The notes below the pieces were generated by a model. The model saw nothing but the letters and a program-made list of their open reading frames with translations. It did no database searches and had not been told where the DNA came from. From Candidatus Aenigmatarchaeota archaeon (GTDB taxonomy: Archaea > Thermoplasmatota > Thermoplasmata > Halarchaeoplasmatales > Halarchaeoplasmataceae), in contig JBKHKA010000006.1 of the NCBI GenBank assembly GCA_046537845.1, forward strand, positions 1,486 through 65,485: a DNA stretch of 64,000 nt, in the 5' to 3' direction. The translations under genes were made by a program, and so were the position numbers. This document shows positions 8,901-17,315 of the stretch, piece after piece; the stretch's first letter is position 1; each line of letters opens with the position of its first letter.

Positions 8901-10162
8901 ACGAATTCAGCTGTGAAAGTTCCGTTGAAGGGCTTACGGGGTGCGGTGACCCTGGTCCTTATCTCGTCCGTTTCACCACCAACCAAGGTCACGTTAGGGG
9001 CGCTGATAGAGGCAGCCCACCTTTCAGCCTCCCCTTCCTCATCTAGATCCACCCTCGTTTCAAAACTTTTATTTTTTTCCGATACAGATATGTCCATCTT
9101 GGAATCTTCTTCGTCCCTCACGTTACAGAGATTTCTCACTTCCAGATCGAAATCTATGTCAGTGGTGGTCTCAGCGTATTCGATAGTTTTGAACGGCTCT
9201 ATGGGCCTTAAAGTAGCCGAGTAGTACGGTCCGACAGTCACCGAGGGTGTCGGGGAAGTCGTGTTGATGATCCCGTTACCTGCCTGGGCGTTCAAAACTA
9301 TATTCTTCGTGGCTCCGCGGTAGATATCTTTCTCTTCAAGTTTGTATTCCATCCCCACTTCTGGCATTAGAACGTCCACGTCTACCGTGATAGCTTCTGA
9401 AGGTTCTAACAGTTCTGTCGTATCCTTCGAAGAGACTTCCCAATAAGGATTATCCACGTAGGGCATGAGCTCGTAGGAATCCATTATGTTACCCACGTTC
9501 TTAAGCTCATAAGTTATGGTGAACTCGGAGCCAGGAGTCCTTTCAATATTTTCTACCATGGGTTCTATCTTACAGCCGTATCGGGCATCGGTGTAAGTGT
9601 AGGTCACACCTGTATCCGTAACACTAGAATCAGTTCGAGATGTCACTTCCAAAATCAGCCTATCGGCAGTGTAAGGTTCTGCATCTTCAGGGATCTGGAT
9701 AGTCAATAATACCTCTGCTGTTCCGTTAGGGGAAAGATCAGTTATAGATCCTTCATCATCCGATATCAGCCATCCACGGCCAGATTCTGCTGTCCAATCG
9801 TAAGAGTCCATCTGAGTACCGTTGTTCAATATCTCGAAAGTGTATGTCAACGTCTCTCCATAATTTCCCTCCCGCTGAGAAGGCGCATCTACAACCACTT
9901 CGTACTCCGCATATTGGGATGAGCTGTTTTCAGAAGAATATCCTCCAAACCCCGACTGCGAAGAAAGTTCCGCCATAGAAGAGTTACCCTCGACTTCATA
10001 GACTGAAGTTATAAGGGGTAGAGTCATACTCACCAACAGGAGCATAGTGATGGACGAAACGATCAAGAGGGATGTAAATTTTGCATTCATCTGTTCAATC
10101 ATTATTTTGATCCATGTATTTAGGTATTTTTCAATTTTACTCTCGATCATATTTTTTTTCAT
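5891..10162 (-). CDS. giant surface protein: signal/anchor segment, at least 6 tandem CARDB/NEW3-like beta-sandwich modules, C-terminal 5-6 TM anchor
   Basis: The signature [FIV]x[VIL]xNxGNxxDx[FY] recurs (EILNNGTQMDSY, ELKNVGNIMDSY, VKNTGNGIDHY, VTNAGNVRDT, IHNNGNTNDSF, VFNLGNAEDK). There is an N-terminal hydrophobic segment (FTSLLIVSSITMLLLVSMTL) and several C-terminal TM helices. I chose the start at 10162 because its ATG overlaps the flaJ TGA (ATGA). The in-frame ATGs at 10150, 10102 and 10090 are alternatives. The track start at 10279 lies inside flaJ. Confidence 0.8.
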   Translation of the reverse strand: MKKNMIESKIEKYLNTWIKIMIEQMNAKFTSLLIVSSITMLLLVSMTLPLITSVYEVEGNSSMAELSSQSGFGGYSSENSSSQYAEYEVVVDAPSQREGNYGETLTYTFEILNNGTQMDSYDWTAESGRGWLISDDEGSITDLSPNGTAEVLLTIQIPEDAEPYTADRLILEVTSRTDSSVTDTGVTYTYTDARYGCKIEPMVENIERTPGSEFTITYELKNVGNIMDSYELMPYVDNPYWEVSSKDTTELLEPSEAITVDVDVLMPEVGMEYKLEEKDIYRGATKNIVLNAQAGNGIINTTSPTPSVTVGPYYSATLRPIEPFKTIEYAETTTDIDFDLEVRNLCNVRDEEDSKMDISVSEKNKSFETRVDLDEEGEAERWAASISAPNVTLVGGETDEIRTRVTAPRKPFNGTFTAEFVARPFPHSDVSDQYIHNGTGEVKVVVNQSGGVEVSPVEENVDGRPEETVRLDFTVKNTGNGIDHYELHSSTQNGWESDIVKVEGENKSLVENLHPSREANVTVEVKIPRKVELGHTEEVILSATSLFERNQRDETVSDQGSAFIEVGEGYSVILEPDMNKTTVYPEETVSYQIEVTNAGNVRDTITLSLEHSETERWDAELVDASLTIDRWNTTTTHLNVTPSSDAVHEKPFNVTVIGRSSGNRSKTDTANTTTEVVKVPDVKIEAVDPELSIRPGETANMSIKIHNNGNTNDSFELEAGSENDAWNIYVQEELVELAPLTSEIRNVTVTAPEIPDVPSYESLEELDILGGTQFEVMINATSRTDSSVNESIKEELTVEKVKRHRITSFEAQNALPGESAEHQIEVFNLGNAEDKVDLNLTSEEDEAYLGNAHLDEDVLELGIGEKAVTNLTVELPLSLEPCLGEKIEVTVGDEDFSEETTTTTRVVMIDAEEPSKTIKIGETAGYDITIMNVPLEEEDKNAGESLPDVVNLSAPVERLESQGWEITFQHRGSEFDVNSDTLEFEEAYESEELILEMDAPRVEREDVQEFEIVANSRSKSLPAETNVLVTRTKMSWFDIRPVDISIDPRKNGRELEITFSIERSGSEDLLPDEESPVPAIPFELVIDDHTIPEEEIEFLGREGTGVSEEVFRYKLVHKTDDWKWGETVRRHDVEVIVDPDDEIYMINAAGDAENNNEMSRDMMISRYHGIPYWLPLILFVVSLLAFIISWRALREHNGLCVSMGLSLGVLFASMVMFPWYWTIGSSELINRINMGIIILGMISFAALLYMIRFEIKDLLSSVTRHIIKEKSSKPEKDLNPRAEKDESEKREREEGGWLTEERSVEKEPEKEETPSPYYYHLALSLTGGITYLVFLLMTNLDLIFMGDYVGALTTGFFEISNFVYIPSLIFVGVYVFIGLVIAIWTAKLHEELWMRISGNEKVIEDLRVKVQQFTKDGEKSVSE

Positions 10163-11823
10163 CCGAATATTATCGAAACCCCCAATCGAGCGATATAATA
10201 TGCTACCGCGGCCATCCATATCATAACTGCGAATTTTGCCATGGATATGTACTTGTGCTCTCCTTTGATGTGCCAGCAAACCACGGTGCCGGTCAAGGCT
10301 TGTGTGAGTATCATCACCAGGATGAGCTCATGATAAGCGGCGAGGTCAATCGGAGCGGTGCTAATGAATCCAAAATCTCCGAACATACCTTCCATCCCTC
10401 CCGGCATCTCTACTTCGGCTATTATATCATTTATCTCGTCCACGATCATGAATATGGAGACCATGGTCAAAGTGATCACTACCATCACACCGTAAAATAC
10501 ACTCTGCAGAGATTTTGCTCTCAATATCTTCTTCTTCCTCAAACCGGTCACTTCGATGAAATTTTCGCTGATTATCGGGCTCGTTTCTTCAGGGTGGGCT
10601 CCGTGCTGAGATGCGGTCAAAAATATGTTGCTGAATTCGTTTATCAAAAAGCTCCCTGTTTCAGAGCCGAAATAGCGCCAAGAAGATTCAGATTCTATGT
10701 TCATCTTCAATCGCCGATAGAGCGATCGTATGTTTTCGGTCAGCTTTCCAAGATCATGATAGCGGAGTTTTCCTACACTTTCCGTGTGATCAGCGGTCTG
10801 TGCTGGAGTGTTACCTGCTAGAGAACGTATGAAGGAAGGAAAATTCGAATCGCGTCGGAGCACCCTGTTTTCTTCTATACCCGCTGCGATACCCGGTATT
10901 ATCAAAGGGCTAAATATGATCGCGAGCTTCAAGAGCGAAGAGATATCGACAAATAATACCAGCGTCACGGCAAGTATCGCCGAGGATATCAAACTACCGA
11001 TGAAAAGTTTATCTAATTTATCGTCGACTTCGGTCCTGAGATCCCCGTCATACCATATCCTGGTCCTGGGGATCACCTTCAAGAATACCCAACCTGAAAC
11101 GAAAGATACTATCACGAAGAGGAAGAAGACCAGCGTGATCAACACCCGACTGTTGACATCTATAAGAAGAGGAGTTATGACGGCCAAAACCATCCCGAAA
11201 AGGGAGATCGTGATCCCAGCTATATATAGCTCGCCGATGATGTCCAGCCGGAACAGCATGTTCTCAAATTTGTTAGAATAATCATCCATAACGGTCTCCT
11301 GTTCATCCTGGAAAAATTCTTTAGGACTAGTCTGGGTCTCCAAAGCGTAAGCGAGCCTTTCCAAAAAATCGGAAAGCATCTCGCTGGGCGTGTTTTTAGA
11401 TATCGTCCGTGCGGCTTCAGGTAAGGACATGTTCCATTTGGTGGCCAACCGCTCCAGCCTTCTGATCTCCTTTCCCAATTCCCCATACATCTCCATCTCG
11501 GAAAAGATCTCTTGGAATCCTTTGTCCGATATCTCCGAAGCCGAAAGGGCTCCCAATCTAGTTATGAAAAGATGCATATCCCTATCTATCTTTATACTCT
11601 TTATCTCCTCTTTGATGACTGGATAGAATATAGCTACGGCGGTGGTAAAAACGGGCAATACGTAAAGAGTGATGACGAAATAAGAGTCGAGGAATACCAA
11701 AGGGAACGTCAATCCCAGTAGGAGAGAGAGCAAGATACCCAAAAAAGTGGTCGGTAGGATCACCCTGAATACGTAGTTTGGTATAGATATATCAAGGTTC
11801 TGATAGGAATTCACAACCTTCAC
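10159..11823 (-). CDS. flaJ: archaellum polytopic membrane protein FlaJ/ArlJ
   Basis: This 554-aa polytopic membrane protein lies directly downstream of flaI with a 4-nt overlap. It has the TadC/FlaJ-like layout with cytoplasmic domains between TM blocks. Confidence 0.9.
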   Translation of the reverse strand: MKVVNSYQNLDISIPNYVFRVILPTTFLGILLSLLLGLTFPLVFLDSYFVITLYVLPVFTTAVAIFYPVIKEEIKSIKIDRDMHLFITRLGALSASEISDKGFQEIFSEMEMYGELGKEIRRLERLATKWNMSLPEAARTISKNTPSEMLSDFLERLAYALETQTSPKEFFQDEQETVMDDYSNKFENMLFRLDIIGELYIAGITISLFGMVLAVITPLLIDVNSRVLITLVFFLFVIVSFVSGWVFLKVIPRTRIWYDGDLRTEVDDKLDKLFIGSLISSAILAVTLVLFVDISSLLKLAIIFSPLIIPGIAAGIEENRVLRRDSNFPSFIRSLAGNTPAQTADHTESVGKLRYHDLGKLTENIRSLYRRLKMNIESESSWRYFGSETGSFLINEFSNIFLTASQHGAHPEETSPIISENFIEVTGLRKKKILRAKSLQSVFYGVMVVITLTMVSIFMIVDEINDIIAEVEMPGGMEGMFGDFGFISTAPIDLAAYHELILVMILTQALTGTVVCWHIKGEHKYISMAKFAVMIWMAAVAYYIARLGVSIIFG

Positions 11824-13472
11824 TCTTCGTCCCTCCTTTTCTCTCTTATGTCCGCGAGCTTCCTTCTCATGTTCTCCATCCCTCCGTAGCTGTAACTCTT
11901 GAATATCTCGGCGACTTTTTCGTGTTTGGTGATCCCGGCCTCGACTATCTCACTCAATATCTCCGTCCTCTTCTCCAGCTCATCGTAGATCTTCTTCCTG
12001 TCATCGAATCGAAGTTTCGGGGCTACCAGATTTTCAAGAACATAGCTGTTGTTCATCCCGATGAAGTTATGCTGGTCCTTCACTGGGTCCCAAGTAAAGA
12101 TCCTACGGGTCTGTACGCCTTCCCTTTCCCGAGAATATCCCAATATCTCCACAACTGAACTGCATCTTCTCAATATCTGACCCTCGTGATAGATGATCTG
12201 CTGGAAAAGGCAGACGTTCAGGTTGTCCATGAACCTTATAGGAACGTTTATGGGATCACCTGTAAAACGCTGGATGAGCTTATCTATGGAGGACGCATGG
12301 AAGGTTGATATGACCGGATGTCCCGTCTGTATGGCCTGAAAAGCTGCCGAACCTTCTCTTCCCCTGACCTCCCCGATCACTATATAGTCAGGTCTAGAAC
12401 GCAGCGCCGTCTTCACCAGGTCGAAGAGTTCCACATGCGAATCTTCAGGTCCAGTTTCTCGCGTCACCAATCTCTGCCACGTCGGTTGGGGGACGTTCAC
12501 TTCAGGGGTGTCTTCCGCACTGTATATCTTCTGGTCGTAGCCGATGAAAGGCAGTAGGGCGTTCATGGTGGTGGTCTTTCCTGATGCCGTTACCCCCGAA
12601 ACTATTATGCTCATATCGAACTCCAAACACAGCCAGAGGTAAGCCGCCATCTTTGGAGAAAGTGTGTTCCAAGCGACTATCTGAGGTATGGTTATGGGTT
12701 CAGCACTGAAATTTCTGATCGTGAAGCTCGGACCTTCTTTGCTGACATCCTTGCTGTAGATTATATTGACCCTCGAGCCCATAGGGAGAGCACCGTCAGT
12801 GATAGGGTTGCTCTCAGTCACGTTCTTCCCCATCCTATTGCTCATACTCCTGACATATTTTTCCAATTCTTCTTTACTTTCAAAAGAGAGGTTCGTTTCT
12901 AAGAGTCCGAATACCTCGTGCAAGACCGACAGATTGTTGAGAGCAACACCGTGGATATCTTCCACGTAGGGATCGTACAGCGTAGATTCTAAAATACCAT
13001 AACCCATTATCCTCTTTTTGAGGTGATAGCGGACGGTATCCATATCTTCTGGACCCACTCTCACTTTTCCCTCCCCAAAAGAGATCATGCTTGATATGCC
13101 AGATCTGCTTGCCGTAACGTTATCTATGAGTTCGTCGAGCTTCTTTTCAAATTCTTGGCCGTCATCCGGTGTGGGTGTCCGCGATGCTTTGTGAAGTATC
13201 TTCTTCCTTATATCCTCTACTTTCTGCTTGAGTTCCTCGTCGAGAGGAGGTTCGATCACGAGATAGCGGCCTTTTTCTTCCCTAGGTATGTCGAGATGGA
13301 TAAAGATGGGGTCTTGCACCGGATAGACTATATTCACTTCGTCCATAGAGGCCATCTCACGGCTGAGACTTTCTCTAAACTCTGGTCGGACCCCTCTTTC
13401 TTCCTCCAGATCATCCAGATAATCCCTGAGATGAGGGTTATTATCCAAAGCCTCTCCGAATTTTGACGGCAT
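11820..13472 (-). CDS. flaI: archaellum assembly/motor ATPase FlaI/ArlI
   Basis: It is a type II/IV secretion-family ATPase with Walker A GVTASGKTTTMNAL and the motifs RPDYIVIGEVRG and GHPVISTFHA. The ATG at 13472 is preferred. A GTG at 13481 is also possible. Confidence 0.95.
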   Translation of the reverse strand: MPSKFGEALDNNPHLRDYLDDLEEERGVRPEFRESLSREMASMDEVNIVYPVQDPIFIHLDIPREEKGRYLVIEPPLDEELKQKVEDIRKKILHKASRTPTPDDGQEFEKKLDELIDNVTASRSGISSMISFGEGKVRVGPEDMDTVRYHLKKRIMGYGILESTLYDPYVEDIHGVALNNLSVLHEVFGLLETNLSFESKEELEKYVRSMSNRMGKNVTESNPITDGALPMGSRVNIIYSKDVSKEGPSFTIRNFSAEPITIPQIVAWNTLSPKMAAYLWLCLEFDMSIIVSGVTASGKTTTMNALLPFIGYDQKIYSAEDTPEVNVPQPTWQRLVTRETGPEDSHVELFDLVKTALRSRPDYIVIGEVRGREGSAAFQAIQTGHPVISTFHASSIDKLIQRFTGDPINVPIRFMDNLNVCLFQQIIYHEGQILRRCSSVVEILGYSREREGVQTRRIFTWDPVKDQHNFIGMNNSYVLENLVAPKLRFDDRKKIYDELEKRTEILSEIVEAGITKHEKVAEIFKSYSYGGMENMRRKLADIREKRRDEE

Positions 13473-13520
13473 GATTATCACTCTTTTAATATCTTCATCT
13501 TATTTCGGCTGTAGGCAGGG

Positions 13521-14231
13521 TCAGGTCACCTGCGTTATATCTACAACAAATCCAGCATTAGGTTCTATCCTGAACTTTATCACGTCCTGCATCCGGCCTT
13601 TTGCAGAGGTGAACCTTCTCACGTGTATCATCCTTTCTGTTTCTCCCCCGATGGTTTTCCTATCTAGTTGAAGATAGATATCAGCTGCTGACTTGTAAGG
13701 CGTCATTATGTCTTCATCTACTTCGTCCGGATCTAACGTTAAAAATAGGGTCTTACCCTTGCTGCAGATCTTTTTGAAAAAAGAGAGAGCTTCTAAAGAA
13801 AGATTTTCCTTTCTGCAATCTTCGATCAAAGACGAAAGGGTGTCGACGATGGTGATATTTCTCCCGTACAACCCATCACCTTCTATAAGTCGGGGAAGCG
13901 CCTCTTCTCTCGCACATGACTCACCCACTAGAGGATTAACTGGAACGAATTTGAGCTGTTGGTTATATATCTCTCCCTTTATCGGATAATCCAATGAATT
14001 CATCTGATTTATGAAGGGTTTCGTGTTAGTCTCGGACGAGACATAAGTGGCGGTGTAACCGTTTTTGACGAAGCCATAAGTGAATCTCTGGCATATCACG
14101 CTCTTGCCGCTGCCGAATTTTCCGGTTATCAATACCATAGATCCTTTAGGTATACCTCCTCCCAGAGCGGTAGCTAAGGTGTCTTTGTCAAGATCAAATT
14201 GGTAATAGGTCAGGTCGGTCTCTTGAGCCAT
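13521..14231 (-). CDS. flaH: archaellum KaiC/RecA-like protein FlaH/ArlH
   Basis: GGGIPKGSMVLITGKFGSGKSV (Walker A) in a KaiC-like single domain, positioned between flaG and flaI. The ATG at 14231 is preceded by GAGGTGA. A GTG at 14240 is an alternative. Confidence 0.9.
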   Translation of the reverse strand: MAQETDLTYYQFDLDKDTLATALGGGIPKGSMVLITGKFGSGKSVICQRFTYGFVKNGYTATYVSSETNTKPFINQMNSLDYPIKGEIYNQQLKFVPVNPLVGESCAREEALPRLIEGDGLYGRNITIVDTLSSLIEDCRKENLSLEALSFFKKICSKGKTLFLTLDPDEVDEDIMTPYKSAADIYLQLDRKTIGGETERMIHVRRFTSAKGRMQDVIKFRIEPNAGFVVDITQVT

Positions 14232-14241
14232 CTCTTTCACC

Positions 14242-14724
14242 TCAGATCAGATGAAATTTTAGGGAATCGCTGTCTCTTCCCCTCTTTTCTCCCTGAAATA
14301 TCCCCTGCACTTCTATCCTGACTGAATGATCCTCTCCCGTTTCTAGGTTCGGTACGGAAACGTTTATCTTCGCTACGCTGCCCTGCGTCCAATCGGTGTC
14401 GTTCCCCATCACGGTAACATCCGTTTCGTTCACGGAATGCATCACTCCATCCACATTGATCAGGGTCTGAGATATATCCAATTCGTACATCCCTACATTT
14501 TTTGCATATATGGTAAGATTTCCCGTATCATTATCGTAAGGCACCTGTACTGGATCATTTATTATCTCAACACCGACGTAATAATCGGCAGCTTCCCCCT
14601 TGGCGCTCTGCTGTATACTGTCGGAGTAGCGGTAGGCGATACCGACAATAGCTCCGACTATGGATATAGCGACGATAACCGATACTGCAAACCATATCAT
14701 CTCCGTGGCGCTCCTTCCCGCCAT
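14242..14724 (-). CDS. flaG: archaellum protein FlaG/ArlG-like
   Basis: The 160-aa ORF has an N-terminal TM (EMIWFAVSVIVAISIVGAIVGI) and a beta-rich soluble domain. Its operon position after flaF fits. The FlaF versus FlaG assignment rests on the N-terminal motif and on gene order only. Confidence 0.7.
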   Translation of the reverse strand: MAGRSATEMIWFAVSVIVAISIVGAIVGIAYRYSDSIQQSAKGEAADYYVGVEIINDPVQVPYDNDTGNLTIYAKNVGMYELDISQTLINVDGVMHSVNETDVTVMGNDTDWTQGSVAKINVSVPNLETGEDHSVRIEVQGIFQGEKRGRDSDSLKFHLI

Positions 14725-14726
14725 CC

Positions 14727-15176
14727 TTATCCCGCTCCCTCGACATGATAAGTTCCGGAGCCGAACTCGCTAACCACCAGCACCCGGTTCGTCTCTTCCT
14801 CCACGTCTTCTAAACTCAGGACGAGTTTTTGACCCGGATTCCACAGGTCCGTGTTTTCGATCTGATCATCTATAATTTTGCTGGTGACCTTATCGGTGCA
14901 GTAAACACCGTCCAGCAGTACCTCCAATTCGTTTATATCTAAAACAGTGTCCCCAGTATTGTTCAGACTTATGTTCAAGATGTTCTCTGCCCCCAGGTAA
15001 TTCACATCACTTATCGTCATCTCGGCCCGTTGTTTTTGATCCTTCCATTCTAGCCAATCGTTCCTCGCCTCTTCCTCTATCTCCTGTGCTCTTTCTATCG
15101 CGGGGTATAATGTGCCAAAGATCAACACCACGCCGACCAAGACGATGGCGGCGGAGGCTGAAACACTCAACCCCAT
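14727..15176 (-). CDS. flaF: archaellum protein FlaF/ArlF-like
   Basis: The 149-aa ORF starts MGLSVSASAAIVLVGVVLIFGTLY, a FlaF-like N-terminus. There is a strong GAGGTGATGAG upstream of the ATG. Confidence 0.7.
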   Translation of the reverse strand: MGLSVSASAAIVLVGVVLIFGTLYPAIERAQEIEEEARNDWLEWKDQKQRAEMTISDVNYLGAENILNISLNNTGDTVLDINELEVLLDGVYCTDKVTSKIIDDQIENTDLWNPGQKLVLSLEDVEEETNRVLVVSEFGSGTYHVEGAG

Positions 15177-15178
15177 CT

Positions 15179-16396
15179 CTACTCATCACCTCTTTTATCT
15201 TTTTGACCGTTCTTTATGGCTTTGATATATCGAAGGGATTCTTTGTGATCCTCAGGAGATAATCTCCAGTCCCCTTCTTTCTTTTCCACTCTGCCGTCTT
15301 CACCGATTATCCGGTCCTCATCGCTTTCACCAGAGATATCCAGCTTCATACCTTCCATGTAGGTCTGTATGTTCTTCTTCAGATCATCTTCGATCCAACC
15401 CAGCTCTTGATAATAATCCAGAGCACCTAGGATGTTACCGCTAGTCTTTGTGTAAAGAAAATCTATCCAATCGATCATCGCCTCCATATCGTAACGCTCG
15501 TTGATATCTGAAGGAGTTGTTGTCTCTCTTTTCACATCCTCATCGAAAGGTTCACTGTGATCTCCATGATTAAAATGGTTCAGATTGTTCATCGTGCCAT
15601 GATTACCAACGCCTTTTTTATCTGAGTCTTTACTAAGGTCTCCTAATTCTATGAAAGGACTCACATCTGATGATAGAAGGTCATAGAGTGCTGAAAGTTC
15701 TTTCAGTTTTTCCTCTACTTTCTCATAATTCACTTTGCGCCTCTCCAGTCTATCCATACGTGATATCACCAACGAGATCTCTTCCTCTATATCATTCATC
15801 TCTTCAGAAAATCCATCGACTTTATCGGATAGATCGGCGACTTTCTCTTTCAGATCTTTAACCAATTCAGAATCTGGCGGGGCTTCGGGTTCGAAGCCTT
15901 TTTCTAAAAGCTTTTCTTCCAACCTGGCCAATTCTTCCCTAAAGTCTCCACTGTATGATCTTTCAGCTGGTTCACCGTCGACCTCTGGCATACCATGCCT
16001 TATCTCAAATTTTTCTATCTCCGATGGGGGTTCTTCTGCTCTTTCTTCCATAATCCCCTCTTGCTTTTCTTCTGCTTCTGGAGGGGCTGGAGATGATTTC
16101 ACCCTTTCGGTTTCCTCTTCCCAGCTTTCGTCAGTTGTTTCTCCTGCTATCTCAGCGGCTATATCTTCTTTTCTCTCGGAGGTTATCTCCTCTACACTTT
16201 CCTTCTTCCGTTTACTCCTGAGATCTGCCCCCGTACCTGATGGCTTCTCGTATCCTTTTTTACCATCGAAAGTCCAATCCTCTTTTCCAACGGACCCTAT
16301 GTTTTCTTCTTCCTTTTCAGAACCCGCTTGAGACCCTTTTGCTTTCAATTTAGGTTTGTTACGTTTGTCCTTCTCTTCACTTCTTTCTTCAGTCAT
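15179..16396 (-). CDS. archaellum accessory protein with FlaC-like coiled coil and C-terminal FlaD/E domain
   Basis: The C-terminus (MIDWIDFLYTKTSGNILGALDYYQELGWIEDDLKKNI) is the FlaD/E signature. The central coiled coil ends in YDLLSSDVSPFIE, which is FlaC/D-like. The N-terminal acidic extension is unusual. I chose the start at ATG 16396. The track start at 16489 is a TTG inside the archaellin gene. Confidence 0.75.
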   Translation of the reverse strand: MTEERSEEKDKRNKPKLKAKGSQAGSEKEEENIGSVGKEDWTFDGKKGYEKPSGTGADLRSKRKKESVEEITSERKEDIAAEIAGETTDESWEEETERVKSSPAPPEAEEKQEGIMEERAEEPPSEIEKFEIRHGMPEVDGEPAERSYSGDFREELARLEEKLLEKGFEPEAPPDSELVKDLKEKVADLSDKVDGFSEEMNDIEEEISLVISRMDRLERRKVNYEKVEEKLKELSALYDLLSSDVSPFIELGDLSKDSDKKGVGNHGTMNNLNHFNHGDHSEPFDEDVKRETTTPSDINERYDMEAMIDWIDFLYTKTSGNILGALDYYQELGWIEDDLKKNIQTYMEGMKLDISGESDEDRIIGEDGRVEKKEGDWRLSPEDHKESLRYIKAIKNGQKDKRGDE

Positions 16397-16467
16397 CCTT
16401 GTTGACTCCTTCAACAATCCAAAAGAAATAGAAAGGGGATGTAAGTTCCCCTGAATATCTTCTCGAC

Positions 16468-17097
16468 TCAGTAGGTCAGATCGAACCAACCCTGGTCGGG
16501 ATAGCTCGTGGGAGTTACGGTCTCCAATATCTCTGAGGTAGCCCCTTCAGCGGATAAGAATCTGAAGGTCACATCGCTATCAGCGCCCGCTGGATAGAGG
16601 TCCTCGCTGATACGAAGGCCCACCATCTCATCGGTATAAAGGTAGCTTGGATTTTCAGGATCTTCATTACTATATCTCAGTATCTCAAAGGTGCCGTTGA
16701 TATCGTCGAGTTGCGTCGAATCGTGGTCCTCGTGGACGAACCTCTGATTGAAACCGTCGCCTGTAACACCGTCTTCACCGATTATGTGGATCACCAAGTT
16801 GTTCAGATCGTATCCTCGGGTCCCTTCGTAGGCTGTGACGCTGATCTTCAACTCGTCCATCGTATCTCCATCTGATGTATGACCTTCCGCCTCGCTGACT
16901 TTTACTGGAGGATGTATATTTTCCTGCGTCTCTCGACCAGTCTTTTTAGCTTTTTCCTGCAGATCGCCCATGACCCCAACGATCACGGCAGAAGCGATAG
17001 CCGCAACCAGGATGAGGCCGATGAAGACGATAAGCGTGCCTATACCTATAGCACCGCTGTCTTCTTCAGGGAGCCTATTTATCCTTTTCACATTCAT
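16468..17097 (-). CDS. flaB: archaellin (FlaB/ArlB) with class III signal peptide
   Basis: MNVKRINRLPEEDSG/AIGIGTLIVFIGLILVAAIASAVIVG is the canonical archaellin N-terminus. The ATG at 17097 is preceded by GGAGGAAAAAAAAG. The track start at 17157 adds an implausible extension. Confidence 0.9.
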   Translation of the reverse strand: MNVKRINRLPEEDSGAIGIGTLIVFIGLILVAAIASAVIVGVMGDLQEKAKKTGRETQENIHPPVKVSEAEGHTSDGDTMDELKISVTAYEGTRGYDLNNLVIHIIGEDGVTGDGFNQRFVHEDHDSTQLDDINGTFEILRYSNEDPENPSYLYTDEMVGLRISEDLYPAGADSDVTFRFLSAEGATSEILETVTPTSYPDQGWFDLTY

Positions 17098-17315
17098 CTT
17101 TTTTTTCCTCCATTTTACAATATATTCATTACTTTGCTGTTTTGATGAGGTTCTCAAGGTAAATAAAATTTGTCATCTAGTACTTACCGTTTGCTGTATA
17201 TTACATCGTTTTCCCTCTTGATGATGATCCCTCGCCACATATAACTGCTATATATTTTATCAGCACGACAAAACATAAATACACTTAAATTCAATTAGGA
17301 TTTAGGCGGGAAATC

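Noticed and set aside
10163-10279. N-terminal 39 codons of the track ORF for the giant protein (MLAHQRRAQVHIHGK...).
   Set aside because: This part lies inside the flaJ coding sequence. An ATG at 10162 overlaps the flaJ stop (ATGA) and is followed by a plausible signal/anchor segment.
10114-10821. A 235-aa plus-strand ORF overlapping flaJ, and a 238-aa minus-strand ORF at 54222..54938 overlapping herA.
   Set aside because: Both are antisense to strongly supported genes and have no recognisable motifs. The herA-antisense ORF merely extends into the intergenic region.
15735-16331. A 198-aa Ser-rich plus-strand ORF, and similar antisense ORFs such as 17414..18301 (-), 22345..22878 (-), 42155..42661 (+) and 46188..46634 (-).
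   Set aside because: Each lies entirely inside, and antisense to, a well-supported gene with acidic low-complexity sequence. This is a typical shadow-ORF composition.
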